Assembly (NCBI GenBank): GCA_030390025.1
Contig: CM059432.1
Span: 10,664,001-10,728,000, forward strand
DNA length: 64,000 nt
Reading direction: 5' to 3'
Source of the DNA: Squalus acanthias
Lineage: Eukaryota
Positions within the stretch are counted from its first letter, which is position 1. Every line of letters starts with the position of its first letter. Both the position numbers and the translations under genes were made by a program. The notes under the pieces are model-generated. The model searched no databases and was not told where the DNA came from. It saw only the letters and a program-made list of their open reading frames with translations. Shown in pieces: positions 17,031 to 29,533 of this stretch.

Positions 17031-17882
17031 ACATTTTAATTTCAGATTTCTAGTATTTTCCAGTTTATGGTATAAAATGATACACTTGATGACAACTTTA
17101 CACACACAATATATTTTAGATCAATACAAATCACTCAAACTTGCAGCAATTACACTACAATGACTAAGTCTTCAGTGACACAACAAATCCCTTTCCAATA
17201 CCACCACATCCGAGGAACAAAATCGTCCCTATTTCCATAGTGCACACGATTGTGGAAAAAAAATATATAATGGATAAACAGCAGTGAATTCCAAGCAATC
17301 TGTGTTCAGGTGATGGAAATCAACTGGTTGATCTTCATTCTCATGATTTAGGGTGTCTTCTGAACTCTGCCCGGTAATCACCGAGATATGCATGTAAAAC
17401 CGAATGTAAATAACTTGGCCCAATTCAGGGTTTCAGTTATTGAGTGTTAACATGATAGCCCAAGATTTGGATGCGCGCTGGTGAAGCGCAGATTTGGCAG
17501 TCTATTCCAACATACTCAGCCTCTGCGTATTTTATTTTAAGCGTCCGGCAGATTATTTGCACATCGACATCGGAGTTTCAAACTCTTGAGCTGGACATAA
17601 AAGATCCCACAGCGCCATTTTGAAAAAGAGCAGAGATGTCCTGGCCCCAGTGGCCTGGTCTATATTTATCCCTCAACCAACACCTAAAACAGATTATCTG
17701 GTCATTACCACATTGCTGTTTGTGGGAGCTTGCTGTGCGCAAATTGGCTACTGTGTTTCCTACATTACAACAGTGACTACACTTCAAAAAGCTCTTTGGG
17801 ATGTCCTCAGGTTGTGAAAGGCGCTATATAAATGCAAGTTTTCTTTTTTTCCTGGAGGTAGAAATGCAGTCAGTATAAATCA

Positions 17883-18068
<186 letters not shown>

Positions 18069-18351
18069 TTAATTCAAAAATATGCTTTGCATAATTGTTA
18101 GCAGATCATTGTGAAAAGATTCTTGTGACATGGTTAGAGAAATTAAACAGCAAAAGGAGTATTTTTTTTAAACCATTATCAGTAGATTTAGAGAATACTT
18201 TTTCAAAACCAACCATATGGTCAACATTCCCATCAGTACAAGACTACCAATGACAGTTAGGACTTAGCAAAAGGCTTAAATGTAAAGGAGTGCGTACTAC
18301 CAAAATGTACAGTAGATTTCGCATGCACAGAACAGGAATCTATCAGACAAT

Positions 18352-18981
18352 GGCCCGGATATTCTAATCCCTACAGGTGGGTACGCGCTGTGTACTCACC
18401 CGTAGGGACATCAGAAATGCCGGTTTCAGGCATGCACAGCGCATGAGCTGAAAACCGGCATTTCCGATTAATCAAGAATGGTCTGGACAGATCCTCCGGC
18501 TGCCCTGGAGAAGGGCCTCTGCGGGCAGATAGTTCCGCTTTTTGGAGACCCTCCGCCCGCAGAAAACCCTTACAATTCTTACGCCTGGTAAAAGCAGGCA
18601 TAAGGCCTGCTTTTGCCAGGATAAGAGTTGAAAAAAGTAAAAAAAATAAAAAAAATTAATTTCACTGATTTATCATTTAAAAATACTTTAAAAAAAGTTT
18701 ATTTTTAGCCCTGTTAAATACTTAAATTATTTTTTTCAAAAAATTTAATTTTTGTTTAAAATACTTACTTTATTGTAATTTCAAGTCATTTTAAAAATGT
18801 GATTTTTTTTTCCATTTATTTAAAGTTTTACTATGTTTTTTCATTGATCTCCATTCATATATTTGACAGGTCTTCCTGTCAAATGTATGAAGGGAGATTC
18901 CCTTCTGTGATTGGCTCCCCATGGCCCACGTGATCCCAGGGCCTCTGCCCGTGGGAGGCCTGCGATCGGAAAATACGGGCC
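18352..18981. mobile_element. GGCCC-terminated MITE, related to 55370-56121
   Basis: TIRs GGCCCGGATATT / AAAATACGGGCC; internal palindromes; shares CCATGGCCCACGTGATCCCAGGG with the env MITE. Confidence 0.8.
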
Positions 18982-19714
18982 ATAGTGTTCTCAAAGTGCA
19001 CAACAGTACAGGAAGCACGCACTATCGTTGGAGGTGTGGCGTCTCAAAGGTGTTAATGTACCACTGACAGAGGCTAAAGTCAAGACGTCCCCACATCCAT
19101 TCCTGGCCATCATCGTTCTATGCTGCTTTTCTAGATTAATTCCCAAGTGCTGTACGGAACTCCAGTCAGTGTTGATTTTAGCCAAAAATGTATTGAACGG
19201 AGGGTTTCAAAAGAAAATTTAAGCGAAATCCTGATTTTAATTATTCTTTTTATTTTCAGAACAGGAACCTATTACATCAGGCAGCTGTGGAAATGTGTAT
19301 CTGAAAAAAAAAATCTTACGTTATCTGCGCCAAGATGCCCGCATAGGTTTTGAAATCTTTCTGCAACTCATTTCAGAGAGACGTAATAATCCATGTAGAT
19401 TCTTATTTTGCATAAAATAGGGAGGTTTTTTTTTGCATGTCGGCAGATGCAGTCGATGACATTACTGTTATAAGACTTTTGGCCACCAGTCTTCTTGTCA
19501 TCACGCTCTCCATTTAACTCAGCCCATGAGCAAATCAGATTGCTGTTTCCAGCCTCTGACGCTCATTACGTGCATACTATCCTGTCTTTTGGGGGGGGGG
19601 GGTTGGGGCGGTGTTTTCAACTGTAGCCGCCATGCAGCTGATGTAGAATTGCTTTAAAAAGTTCAAAATTGAAAGCTATTTCAAAAGGACAAATAAGTAA
19701 GGAAACCCAGTACA

Positions 19715-21316
19715 TCCAAAGCAGGGAAGTTATGCTAGAACTGTATAAAGCACTAGTTAGGCCACAGCTAGAGTACTGCGTAGCGTTCTGGTCACCACAC
19801 TACAGGAAAGATGTTATTGCACTGGAGAGGGTGCAGAGGAGATTTACGAGGATGTTGCCAGGACTGGAGAATTTTAGTTTGAGGAAAGATTGGATAGGCT
19901 GGGCTTGTTTTCTTTGGAATAGAGGAGGCTGAGGGGAGACCTAATTGAGGTGTATGAAATTATGAGGGGCCGAGATAGAGTGGATAGGAAGGACCTATTT
20001 CCCTTAGCAGAGTGGTCAATAACCAGGGGGCATAAATTTAAAGCAATTGGTAAAAGGATTAGAGGGAAGTTGGAGAAAATTTCTCACCCAGAGGGCGGTG
20101 GGAGTCTGGAATCCACTGCCTGAAAGGGTGGTAGAGGCAGAAACCCTCATCGCATTTAAAAAGTACCTGGACATGCACTTGAAGTGCCGTAACCTATAGG
20201 GCTACGGACCAAGAGCCGGTAAGTGGGATTAGGCTGGATAGCTTTTTTTCGGCCAGCATGGACATGATGGGCCGAATGGCCTCCTTCTGTGCTGTAAATT
20301 TCTATGATCCAATCTCATTATGGATGAATACATCTCCCAGTGAACTCTCCATGCCCAGTTTCAGGCTATATTTCATTCCAATCAGATACAATTACAACTT
20401 GCAGAGGTCCATAATGAAAATAAGACACGGTGACTCAATCTTTTCCTTTAGTTAAACCTAAATAAAGGCAAGGATATTCTCTTTGTTAATACAAAAGGAA
20501 GAATGCAACAAAATACATGAAGATATTAATAAACTTGCAGAATCAGCATGTTATTGGCAAATTAATTTCAATACAGACAAGTGTAAGGTGGTTCATTTTG
20601 GTAGGAAGAATAAGGAGGCCACATACTGCTTGGATAACAAGAATCTAAATAGGGTAGATACACAAATCACTAAAAGTAGCAACACAGGTTAATAAGGCCG
20701 TAACAAAACCAAGCACTGGGGTCATTTCTAGAGGATAGAATTGAAAAGCAAGGAAGTCATGTTAAACTCATATAGAACATTAGTTAGATCACACTTGGGA
20801 GTACTGTGCACAGTTCTGGTCTCCATATTATAAAGAGAAGGAGCAAAAAAAGATTCCCAAGGACGACACCAGAACTGAGAGGTTATAACTATCATGAAAG
20901 ATTGAACAGCCTGGGGCTCTTTTCTCTAGAAAAGATAAGGCTGAGGGGTGACCCGATGGAAGTCTTTAAGAGGATGAAAGGGTAGATGTGGAGAAAATAT
21001 TGCCACTTGTGGGGGAGACCAAAACTAGGGGCCATAAATATAAGATTGTAACTAATAAATCCAATAGGGAATTCAGGACATATTTCTTTACCCAAAGAGT
21101 GATAAAAATGTGGAACGTGCTACCACAAGGATTAGTTGAGGCAAATAGCATAGATGCCTTTAAGGGGGAGCTAGATAAGTGCACAAGGGAGAAAGGAATA
21201 GAGAGATATGCTGATAGGGTTAGATGAAGAGGGGTGGGAGGAGGCTCGTGTGGAGCATAAATGCCAGCATAGACCAGTTGGGCCTGTTTCTGTGCTGTAT
21301 ACTCGATGTAACTCTA
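19715..21316 (+). mobile_element. Two CR1 3' fragments (~19715-20308 and ~20500-21316)
   Basis: ORFs 19669..19932 and 20988..21227. Confidence 0.85.
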
Positions 21317-21317
21317 T

Positions 21318-22045
21318 GGCCCAGAATTTGTGGTCAGCGGCGAAGCTTACCTCGAAGAAAGCTGCCCACAAAGCTCTTGCGATCTCTGTAGCAAAAATTT
21401 TAGCTTTCACGACCTTAATTTGATTGTGGCGCTGTCAAAAGGGGATCCCCAGTGTACATTAGCAGTGATGTCATCAAGCTGCCTAAGCAGCCAATCACAT
21501 TTAAGAATTCTCAGACAGCAAACCAGGAAATAAAAAGCACCGATTATCATTTCACTTCTTAAAAATTTTACAGAGAACGAAATAAAGATTGGGACATACA
21601 CATGGGGTTAAGGTAGAAGCTGAAATATATACTAACTTCAACAAAAAAAAAAGTATTTAAAAAATCTAGTAATTTATCATAATGGAGAAATTTGACATCC
21701 CACAAATATAAAATTAGTTTTTCAGGGCCAGGATGGTTGTCCAGCAGGCAATATGCCGTTAAAACCCCAGTTACACCTCATTGAACAAAGCTTAACTTTT
21801 TTGGGGGTGTTTAACTGCGTAATTAGAGCAGAAAAGTTTTCATCAGTTCAAGTGATTTCACCGATTGCTGGCTCTGGAGTTCCACAGCGCAGCCTTTGGC
21901 GGAGCAGGGGAATGACTGACCGCAACTTCAGGATTTCTGCGCTTAGCTGCGCAGGCGCTAAATCCTGAAGTTGCTGTCAGTTTCAGAGGGGTAATGACGG
22001 TGAACGCTGACAGTTCGCCGTCATTACAACCGCAAAATCTGGGCC
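21318..22045. mobile_element. GGCCC-terminated MITE
   Basis: TIRs GGCCCAGAATTTG / CAAAATCTGGGCC; related fragments near 8060-8433 and 60540-60868. Confidence 0.75.
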
Positions 22046-22699
22046 TAGGTATTCTGCCCACATACAAATATAAGAGAGAGACTGTAGATCTATACCAAGA
22101 CACACATTATTTGTAATTAAGCTTGCAAAACCTACTTCGTTTTTCACAATAGACTTGTGTGTTGAAACAACAGTTTAAATTAAATATCGGAGTTCGGTTT
22201 AATCTTCATGACCTGCAACTACATGAATCTATCCCAGATAATAACAATGAAAACCTCTGCTGACTTGTGAATCCAACATTAAGTGAGCACAGGCAGTCTT
22301 AAGCCAGTTTCTAGTGATCATAATTTGGAAACAAGTCAGTAACCTTATTCAAAGAAGCCATCTGAATAGCTGCAATGGAAAGTTGAGGGTTGCACTGGTA
22401 CAGCTGGGTTGCTTTTCTGAGGTTGTGATTAAGACATTACTGAGAAAGAACAGAGTACTTCATATATGGCTGTCAAGATTCAGACACTAATGTGAAATTT
22501 GCCCAACACCATTGTGGCAGCACCATCGCCACAAGGACATCAGCAGCAGAGATGCCATGTTTGGCCTCAGCATCTCCAGGTTAAGGCAGTAAAACACAAG
22601 CCAAGATTGTAACTCTTGATCACAATCCTACAATTTCTGCTAGCTCAGCTTTGATGGTTCCCAGAGCCAAACAGCTCTCTGACACTTACTGCCCAAACT

Positions 22700-22700
<1 letters not shown>

Positions 22701-22733
<33 letters not shown>
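22701..22733. repeat. (GA)n microsatellite
   Basis: About 16 units. Confidence 0.97.
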
Positions 22734-22738
<5 letters not shown>

Positions 22739-22929
22739 GACAACTGATGCAAGGCCACAGTGGGGAGCATCACCCAGCAGCATGAACAGCTATCTTCAGA
22801 AGGGAAGAGATGAAAGAGAAAGCAGTCAATTCAGCTGTAAACTAAACAACCCAATGTGTGCATTCAGGAGAGAGATGCGCAAACACTTTGTCAAAACCAG
22901 CTGTACTAATGCGCGTTAAAACAAATGGT

Positions 22930-24053
22930 TTAGAATCGTGGAAATTTGCAGCACAGAAGGAGGCCATTCAGCCCATCTTGTCTGTGCCGGCCCAAAAAGA
23001 GCTATCCAGCATAATCCCACTTTCCAGCTCTTGGCCCGTAGCCCTGCAGGTTACAGCACTTCAAGGGCATATCCAAGAACTTTTTAAATGCGATGAGGGT
23101 TTCTGCCTCTACCACCCTTTCAGGCAGTGAGTTCCAGACCCCCACCACCCTCTGGATGAAAAAAAATTCTCAACTCCCCCCCCTAATTCTTCCACCAATT
23201 ACTTTAAAACTATGCCCCCTGGTTATTGACCTCTCTGCTGAGGGAAATAGGCCCTTCCAATCCACTCTATCCAGGCCCCTCATAATTTTATACACCTCAA
23301 TTAAGTCTCCCCTCAGTCTTCTCTGTTCCAAAGAAAACAACCCCAGCCTATCCAATCTTTCCTCATAGCTAAAATTCTCCAATCCTGGCACCATCCCTGT
23401 AAATTTCCTCTGTACCCTCTCTAGTGCAATCACATCTTTCCTGTAGTGTGGTGACCAGAACTGTACGCAGTACTCTAGCTGTGACCTGTTTCTGTAATTT
23501 GGGCTCCAAATGTTATTTGCATTTATCTGACACTTCACTGCAGTGCCTCAATGCTTCCTTTACACAGTGCTACTGTGCAGGCTTAACTTTCGAACCTATA
23601 TTGGATTCGGTATTTATAGTGCTCACTCTCAGCAGAGCAACTTTTACAGTATTTTACACAAACAGAAACAGTGTGGGCATACTGATCTAATAGCACAATC
23701 CTTTTACCATTCTGTAGCCTCTCAATACTATATACCCACCACCCCTTGCCAAAGTGGTGTGTCCAGGTATCAGACAATGCCGCATCAAATACAGCAAGAT
23801 GTGCAAGAGCAAGGACACAGATTTAAAGCAATTGGTGGAAGGATTAGAGGGGAGTTGAGGAGTGAAAGGGTGGTAGAGGCAGAAACCCTCATCACATTTA
23901 AAAAGTACTTGGATGTGCACTTGAAGTGCCGTAACCTACAGGGCTACAGACCAAGAGCTAGAAAGTGGGATTAGACTGGATAGCTCTTTTTTGGCCGGCA
24001 CGGACACAATGGGCCGAACGGCCTCCTTCTGTGCCATAAATTTCTATGATTCT
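22930..24053. mobile_element. CR1 3' fragments (~22930-23480 minus; ~23810-24053 plus)
   Basis: ORF 23170..23538 and CR1 3' UTR tails. Confidence 0.85.
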
Positions 24054-24619
24054 AACCCTGGAGGGAGGTGTCTGGCCTTTGCCAAGTGTCACAGCCGGGA
24101 TCAGGAATCACAAGTACGGGCAGGAACTTCAACCCCATCACCTTACTTGAACCCCGATACAAACTGGGTCACCAGTCTATATCCCACTGTTCCTTATCCT
24201 AAGGGAGAGTTATTTTTTTTGGCCAGAGCCAAAAGCTCACATCTGTAGAGTCAGTGGCTTTTTCAGTAGACTTCAGCATCACTATGACCTCGAATTAACA
24301 ACAACACGCATTCAGCCATTTATCAGTGGCAACATTCCTTTTCTCAGACAGTTTTACAATGCGTGCTATATGTGCAAGAAGAGAAAACAAAATTCGGCAA
24401 CTTTCTCCACTATAAAGGGCACCAGAGGTTGCCGGGCATCGTCATTGTTTCAGATCTTCGACACAACAAGTTGTTGGGGGGGGGGGGGGGTGGCTGGGAG
24501 AGGATATGCATAGTTAATAGGGATTTTTGTAGATGAATTAATAGTGTATCTGTATTCCTTCCTGACCTAAATCATTTATAAACTGATGGCACATCCCCTA
24601 ACCTTCATAAACTGACATT

Positions 24620-25125
24620 CTTGAGGTCATCCAAAACTCAGCTGCCCGTGTCCTAACTCGCACCAAGTCCCGTTCACCCATCACCCCTGTGCTAGCTGAC
24701 CTACATTGGCTCCCGGTTAAGAAACGCCTCGATTTTAAAAGGCTCATTCTTGTTTTCAAATCCCTCCATGGCTTCACCCCTTCCTATCTCTAATCTCCTC
24801 CAGCCCCACAAACCACCACAGTCGCCACCCGCCCCCCCCAAAAACGATATCTGCGCTCCTCCAATTCTGGCCTCTTGAGCATCCCAAATTTTAATCACTC
24901 CACCACTGGCAGCTGTGCCTTCAACTGCCAAGGCCCTAAGCTCTGGGATTCCCTCCCTAAAACTCTCCACCTCTCTACTTCTTTAAGACACTCCTTAAAA
25001 CCTACCTCTCCAGTACTGATATCTCCTTACGTGGCTCGGTGTCAAATTTTGTTGGATAATGCTCCTGTGAAGCGCCCTGGGACATTTTACTACGTTAAAG
25101 GCGCTATATAAATACAACTTGTTGT
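24620..25125 (+). mobile_element. L2-like LINE 3' fragment
   Basis: HITPVL..LHWLPV-type coding remnant and GGCGCTATATAAAT tail; related pieces near 4520-4780, 5865-6120, 35200-35960 and 37625-38340. Confidence 0.75.
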
Positions 25126-25189
25126 GCTTGGCACATCTCCTAATATTTACAAATTAATGGTGCAAGGTTTGCACAGCAGTAACTTGGTG

Positions 25190-26075
25190 CAAGAAAGACT
25201 CTATTTATATAGCACGTTTCACCGACCACCAGACATCGCAAAGCACTTTACAGCCAATGAAGTACTATTTGAAGCGCAGTCACTGTTGTAACGTAGGAAA
25301 CGTCAATCTGCGCACAGCAAGCTCCAACAAACTGGAACATGATAATGGCCAGATAATCTATTTTTTAGTGATGCCAATTGTAGGATAAATGTTGAGGGAT
25401 AAATAACTGCCCTGCTCGTCTTCAAAATAGTGCAGTGGGATTTTTTTTTTACGTCCGGCAGACTGGGGGACCTCGGTTTAGCGTCTCATCCGAAAGACGG
25501 CGCCTCCGACAGTGCAGCGCTCCCTCAGCACGGCACTGGGAGCGTCGGCCTAGATTCCTGCGCTCAAGTCTCTTGGAGCGGGACTCGAACCCACAACCTT
25601 CTGACTCCGCTGCGGCTCAGTGGCTAGCACCCCGGGTCAGAAGGTTGTGGGTTCACAGTCCCACTCCAGAGACTTGAGCACAAAAATCTAGGCTGACACT
25701 CCCAGCGCAGTGCTGAGGGAGTGCTGCACTGTCGGAGGTGCCGTCTTTCGGATGAGACGTTAAACAGAGGTCCCCGTCTGCTCTCTCGGGCGGAGGTAAA
25801 AGATCCCCCCCCGGGCACTATTTCGAAGAAGAGCAGGGGAGTTAGCCAATATTTAATCCCTCAAACAACATCACTAAAAAAAGACAGATTACCTGGTCAT
25901 TTATCACATGGCTGTTTGTGGGATCTTGCTGCGCGCATATTGGCTGCGGAGTTTCCCACATTACAACAGCGCCTACACGTCAAAAAAAAAAGCACTTCAT
26001 CGGCTGTAAAGCGCTTTTGGGGGGGGGCGTCCGGTGGTCGTGAAAGGCGTTGTATAAATGCAAGAATTTCTTTAT
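25190..26075. mobile_element. Two head-to-head tRNA-derived Deu-type (SacSINE1-like) SINEs
   Basis: Minus copy ~25190-25607 and plus copy ~25610-26075; other copies near 3847-4258(-), 7057-7455(+), 17590-17845(+) and 61720-62040(+). Confidence 0.85.
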
Positions 26076-26099
26076 TTCAGAAGCGAGAGGGTGTTGCTA

Positions 26100-26650
26100 C
26101 CCACCGAGCCAAAGGAAAAGGATGCAAAGTGCACCCCTTGGCGGCTGGGTGGGGTTTCGCCGCTGCTACTACTACAGGCCAGGCCCGGCCTTACCTGGTG
26201 CTTTCTCCCCTCCTCCTGCTCCTCCTCCTCCTCATGTTTGCGCTTCGTGGGGCGTCTCAGCTCGGCTCCGTGCGGCTCGCTGCCCCCGGGGGACTGGCGC
26301 TCCGGCTCCGGCTCCTGCCCCCGGTCCGGTTCCTGCCCCGCCGAGCTGCTCATCTTATCTCCTCCTCCTTTCCCCACCGCAAAACAAAAATGAATCTTCT
26401 CGGTTTAATCACCGCCGACTCGTTTTTCTTCCTCTTTTAACTGATATTTTTTGTTGACGCTTCAAAAACGCAGCCCAGTCCCACTTCCGGCTCACAGGCC
26501 ACCTCTGACCCCCCCCCCCCATTTGCTTTCTCCTTCCGGTTCGTACGCGGCGCGGTAGGTTGCCATGGAGATCGGGGCCGCCCAGGGCCCGCCTCCCCTA
26601 CCAGCGCCTGCCTCTCCTCCCCCCACCCGCCAAGGGCAGGAGGGTGAAAG
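26100..26650. promoter_or_regulatory. CpG-rich RNMT promoter region, possibly bidirectional
   Basis: High GC and CpG density around the first coding exon; ETS-like CTTCCGG sites near 26484 and 26533; X-box-like GTTGCCATGGAGAT at 26559-26572. Confidence 0.7.
26195..26353 (-). CDS. RNMT: RNMT first coding exon (MSSSAGQEP...KRKHEEEEEQEEGRKHQ)
   Basis: ATG at 26353; 159 nt (53 codons) ending at a CAG|GTAAG donor; phase 0 matches the next exon; lies in a CpG-rich region; contains a basic NLS-like RRPTKRK. Low-complexity sequence, so assigned by position and phase rather than homology. Confidence 0.75.
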
Positions 26651-26694
26651 GACATATCGCTCTCTCTCTCTCTCTCACTCTCTGTTTAAAAAAA

Positions 26695-28625
26695 AGACTG
26701 GACTTGCATTTATATAGCGCCTTTCACATCCTCAGGGCGTCCCGAAGCGCTTTACAGCCGATGAAGTACCTTTTTAAAGGTGGCAGGCAATTTGCGCACA
26801 GCAAGATCCCGCAACCAGCAACGTGATCACGCCCAGATAAATCTGTGCGGGATTATAGAATAGCACAACACGGAAGGAGGCCATGCGGCCCGTCGAGTCC
26901 GCGCCGGCTCTTTCGAAGAGCAATCCCATTAGTCCCGCTCTTTCCCCATCTCCCTGCATTCCTTCCAAGTATTTATCCAATTCCCTGTTGAAGGATACTA
27001 TTGAATCTGTATCTACGACTCCATCAGGCAGCGCATTCCAGATCCTAACCACTCTTTGCGTAAAAAGGTTTTTCCTCATGTCGCCTCTGGTTCTTTTGCC
27101 AATCCCCTTAAATCGGTGCCCTCTCGTTATCAACCCTTCAGCCATTGGAAAGAGTTTCTCTTTCTTTACGCTATCTAAATCTTTCATGATTTTAAGCACA
27201 TCTATCAAATCACCTCTTGGCCTTCTCTGTTACAAGGAGAACAACCCCAGCTTCTGTAGTCTAGCTATCTGGTCGTCTTTCGGATGAGACGTTAAACCGA
27301 GGCCCCGTCTGCTCTCTCAGATGGACGTAAAAGATCCCATGGCACTATTTTGAAGAAGAGCTGGGGAGTTATCCCCGGTGTCCTAGCCAATATTTATCCC
27401 TCAACAACACAACAAAAACAGATTATCTGGTCGCCACGCTATAGGAGGGATGTGATTGCATTGGAGAGGGTGCAGAGGAGATTCACCAGGATGTTACCTG
27501 GGCTGGAGCGCTTCAGCTATGAAGAGAGACTGGACAGGCTGGGGTTGTTTTCCTTAGAGCAGAGAAGGCTGGGGGGGACCTGATTGAGGTATACAAAATT
27601 ATGAGGGGCATAGATAGGGTAGATAGAAAGGAACTTTTCCCCTTAGTAGAGGGGTCAATAACCAGGAGGCATAGTTTCAAGGTAAGGGGCAGGAGGTTTA
27701 GAGGGGATTTGAGGAAAACCTTTTTCACCCAGAGGGTGGATGGAATCTGGAACTCACTGCCTGAAAGGGTGGTAGAGGCAGGAACCCTCACAACATTCAA
27801 GAAGCATTTAGATGAGCACTTGAAACGCCATAGCATACAAGGCTACAGACCAAGTGCTGGAAAATGGGATTAGAATAGACAGGGCTTGATGGCCAGCGCG
27901 GACACGATGGGCCGAAGGGCCTCTTTCTGTGCTGTATAACTCTATGGCTCTATTATCACATTGCTGTTTGTGGGACCTTGCTGTAAGCAAATTGGCTGCC
28001 GCGTTTCCCACCTTACAACAGTAACTCCACTTCAAAAGTACTTCATTGGCTGTAAAGCGCTTTGAGATGTCCGGTGGTCGTGAAAGGCGCTATATAAATG
28101 CAAGTCTTTCTTTTATCCATGTAACTAATCCCTCATCCCTGGAACCACTCTGGTAAATCTCTTCTGTACCCTCTCCAAAGCCTTCACGTCCTTCCTAAAG
28201 TGTGGTGCCCAGAATTGGGCACAAGACTCCAGCTGGGGAATGTAATGTAGGAAACACGGCAGCCAATTCGTGCACAGCAAGATCTCACAAACGGCAATGT
28301 TTGATAAAGGAAGATCAACTTGAATTGCTCCTACATGAGAACGCAAAGAATATTCCCATAAACTATTTCAAAAGAACCAGAGGCGACATGAGGAATTTTT
28401 TTTTTTACGCAGCGAGTTGTTATGATCTGGAACGCGCTGCCTGAAAGGACGGTGGAAGCAGATTCAATAGTAACTTTCAAAAGGGAATTGGATAAATACT
28501 TGAAAGGAAAAACAATTACAGGGCTATGGGGAAAGAGCAGGGGAGTGGGATTAATTGGATAGCTCTTTCAAAGAGCCGGCACAATGGGCCAAATGGGCTG
28601 TATCATTCTATACATCTATTCTATA
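26695..28625. mobile_element. Nested cluster of CR1 fragments and Deu-type SINEs upstream of RNMT
   Basis: ORFs 26774..27208(-), 27601..27873(+) and 28125..28346(-); a SINE at ~27270-28113 is split by a CR1 at ~27425-27950. Confidence 0.85.
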
Positions 28626-29533
28626 AGCTGCGGGACGAATCCACTGGGGGAGGAGCATTCTACAGTTAGTGAATCCTCCACTCACTCCTGGAGTTAAGCC
28701 AGTTTTGGATCAGATACTGAGGAAACCATGAGTTAGCACCTTCTGTTCCCCCACCCCACACCCCCCCCCCCCACCCGCATCCCACCCCACTCCGTGTCAT
28801 GATGTTGTCAAAGTGTAATCCCAATATGGTCTCCTGCCACTACTTTCACCTATAAATATCTCTGAGGCTGGATAGTTTTTTTCCTCAACAAGGTATTCTG
28901 TCCCTTATTCCTATATCACCACAGGGTGGCATTAGTCCACTAGCTAAGTTCTGGACAATAATAATCGTTATAAATTAATCGTTTCAAAATTGTAAAAGTT
29001 CAAAATAGAATAGATCAGTAGAAAGTGAAATGTATGCTACTTGCATATTGTTAACTAAATACTAGATGGTCCCCTGTTGGGATTCGGGAAGGGAAGAGTG
29101 GGTGACTTGTAGCGGGCGTCGGGAGATTGGGGCTCACAGAAGGAAGAGAGGAGTGGGGAAAGGGGGATTGGGAGCTGGGGAGTGGGGGATGGGGGCTCAG
29201 GAGAGAGGCCGGGGGTGGGGTAAAGAGGAACACTAGGGAATTGGGCTCGGGAGTGGGGGGGGGGCTTGGGCTGGGGAGGAAGGGAGAGAGAGAGACACTG
29301 GGGAATGGGTTGGGGGTGAGCTTGGGGCCCAGCATTTCCTGAAGAGGCTTCATTATTCCCACTTAATTTCAGTCATTGATATTTAAGTAGATCCCATAAC
29401 AAACTCTACAATGTTTCTGTCCTCTTCGCTCCAGTAATGCTGCTTGCCCATATAAAATGGACCCCTCTGGGCTTCCATGATCTGGTCTTGAGAACTTGAA
29501 TTCTTAAAGGTATGATTAACATTTTTGGGCTAG

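Noticed and set aside
25721..26457. Plus-strand ORFs of 239, 135 and 111 aa
   Set aside because: Made of SINE sequence plus the antisense of the GC-rich RNMT first exon.
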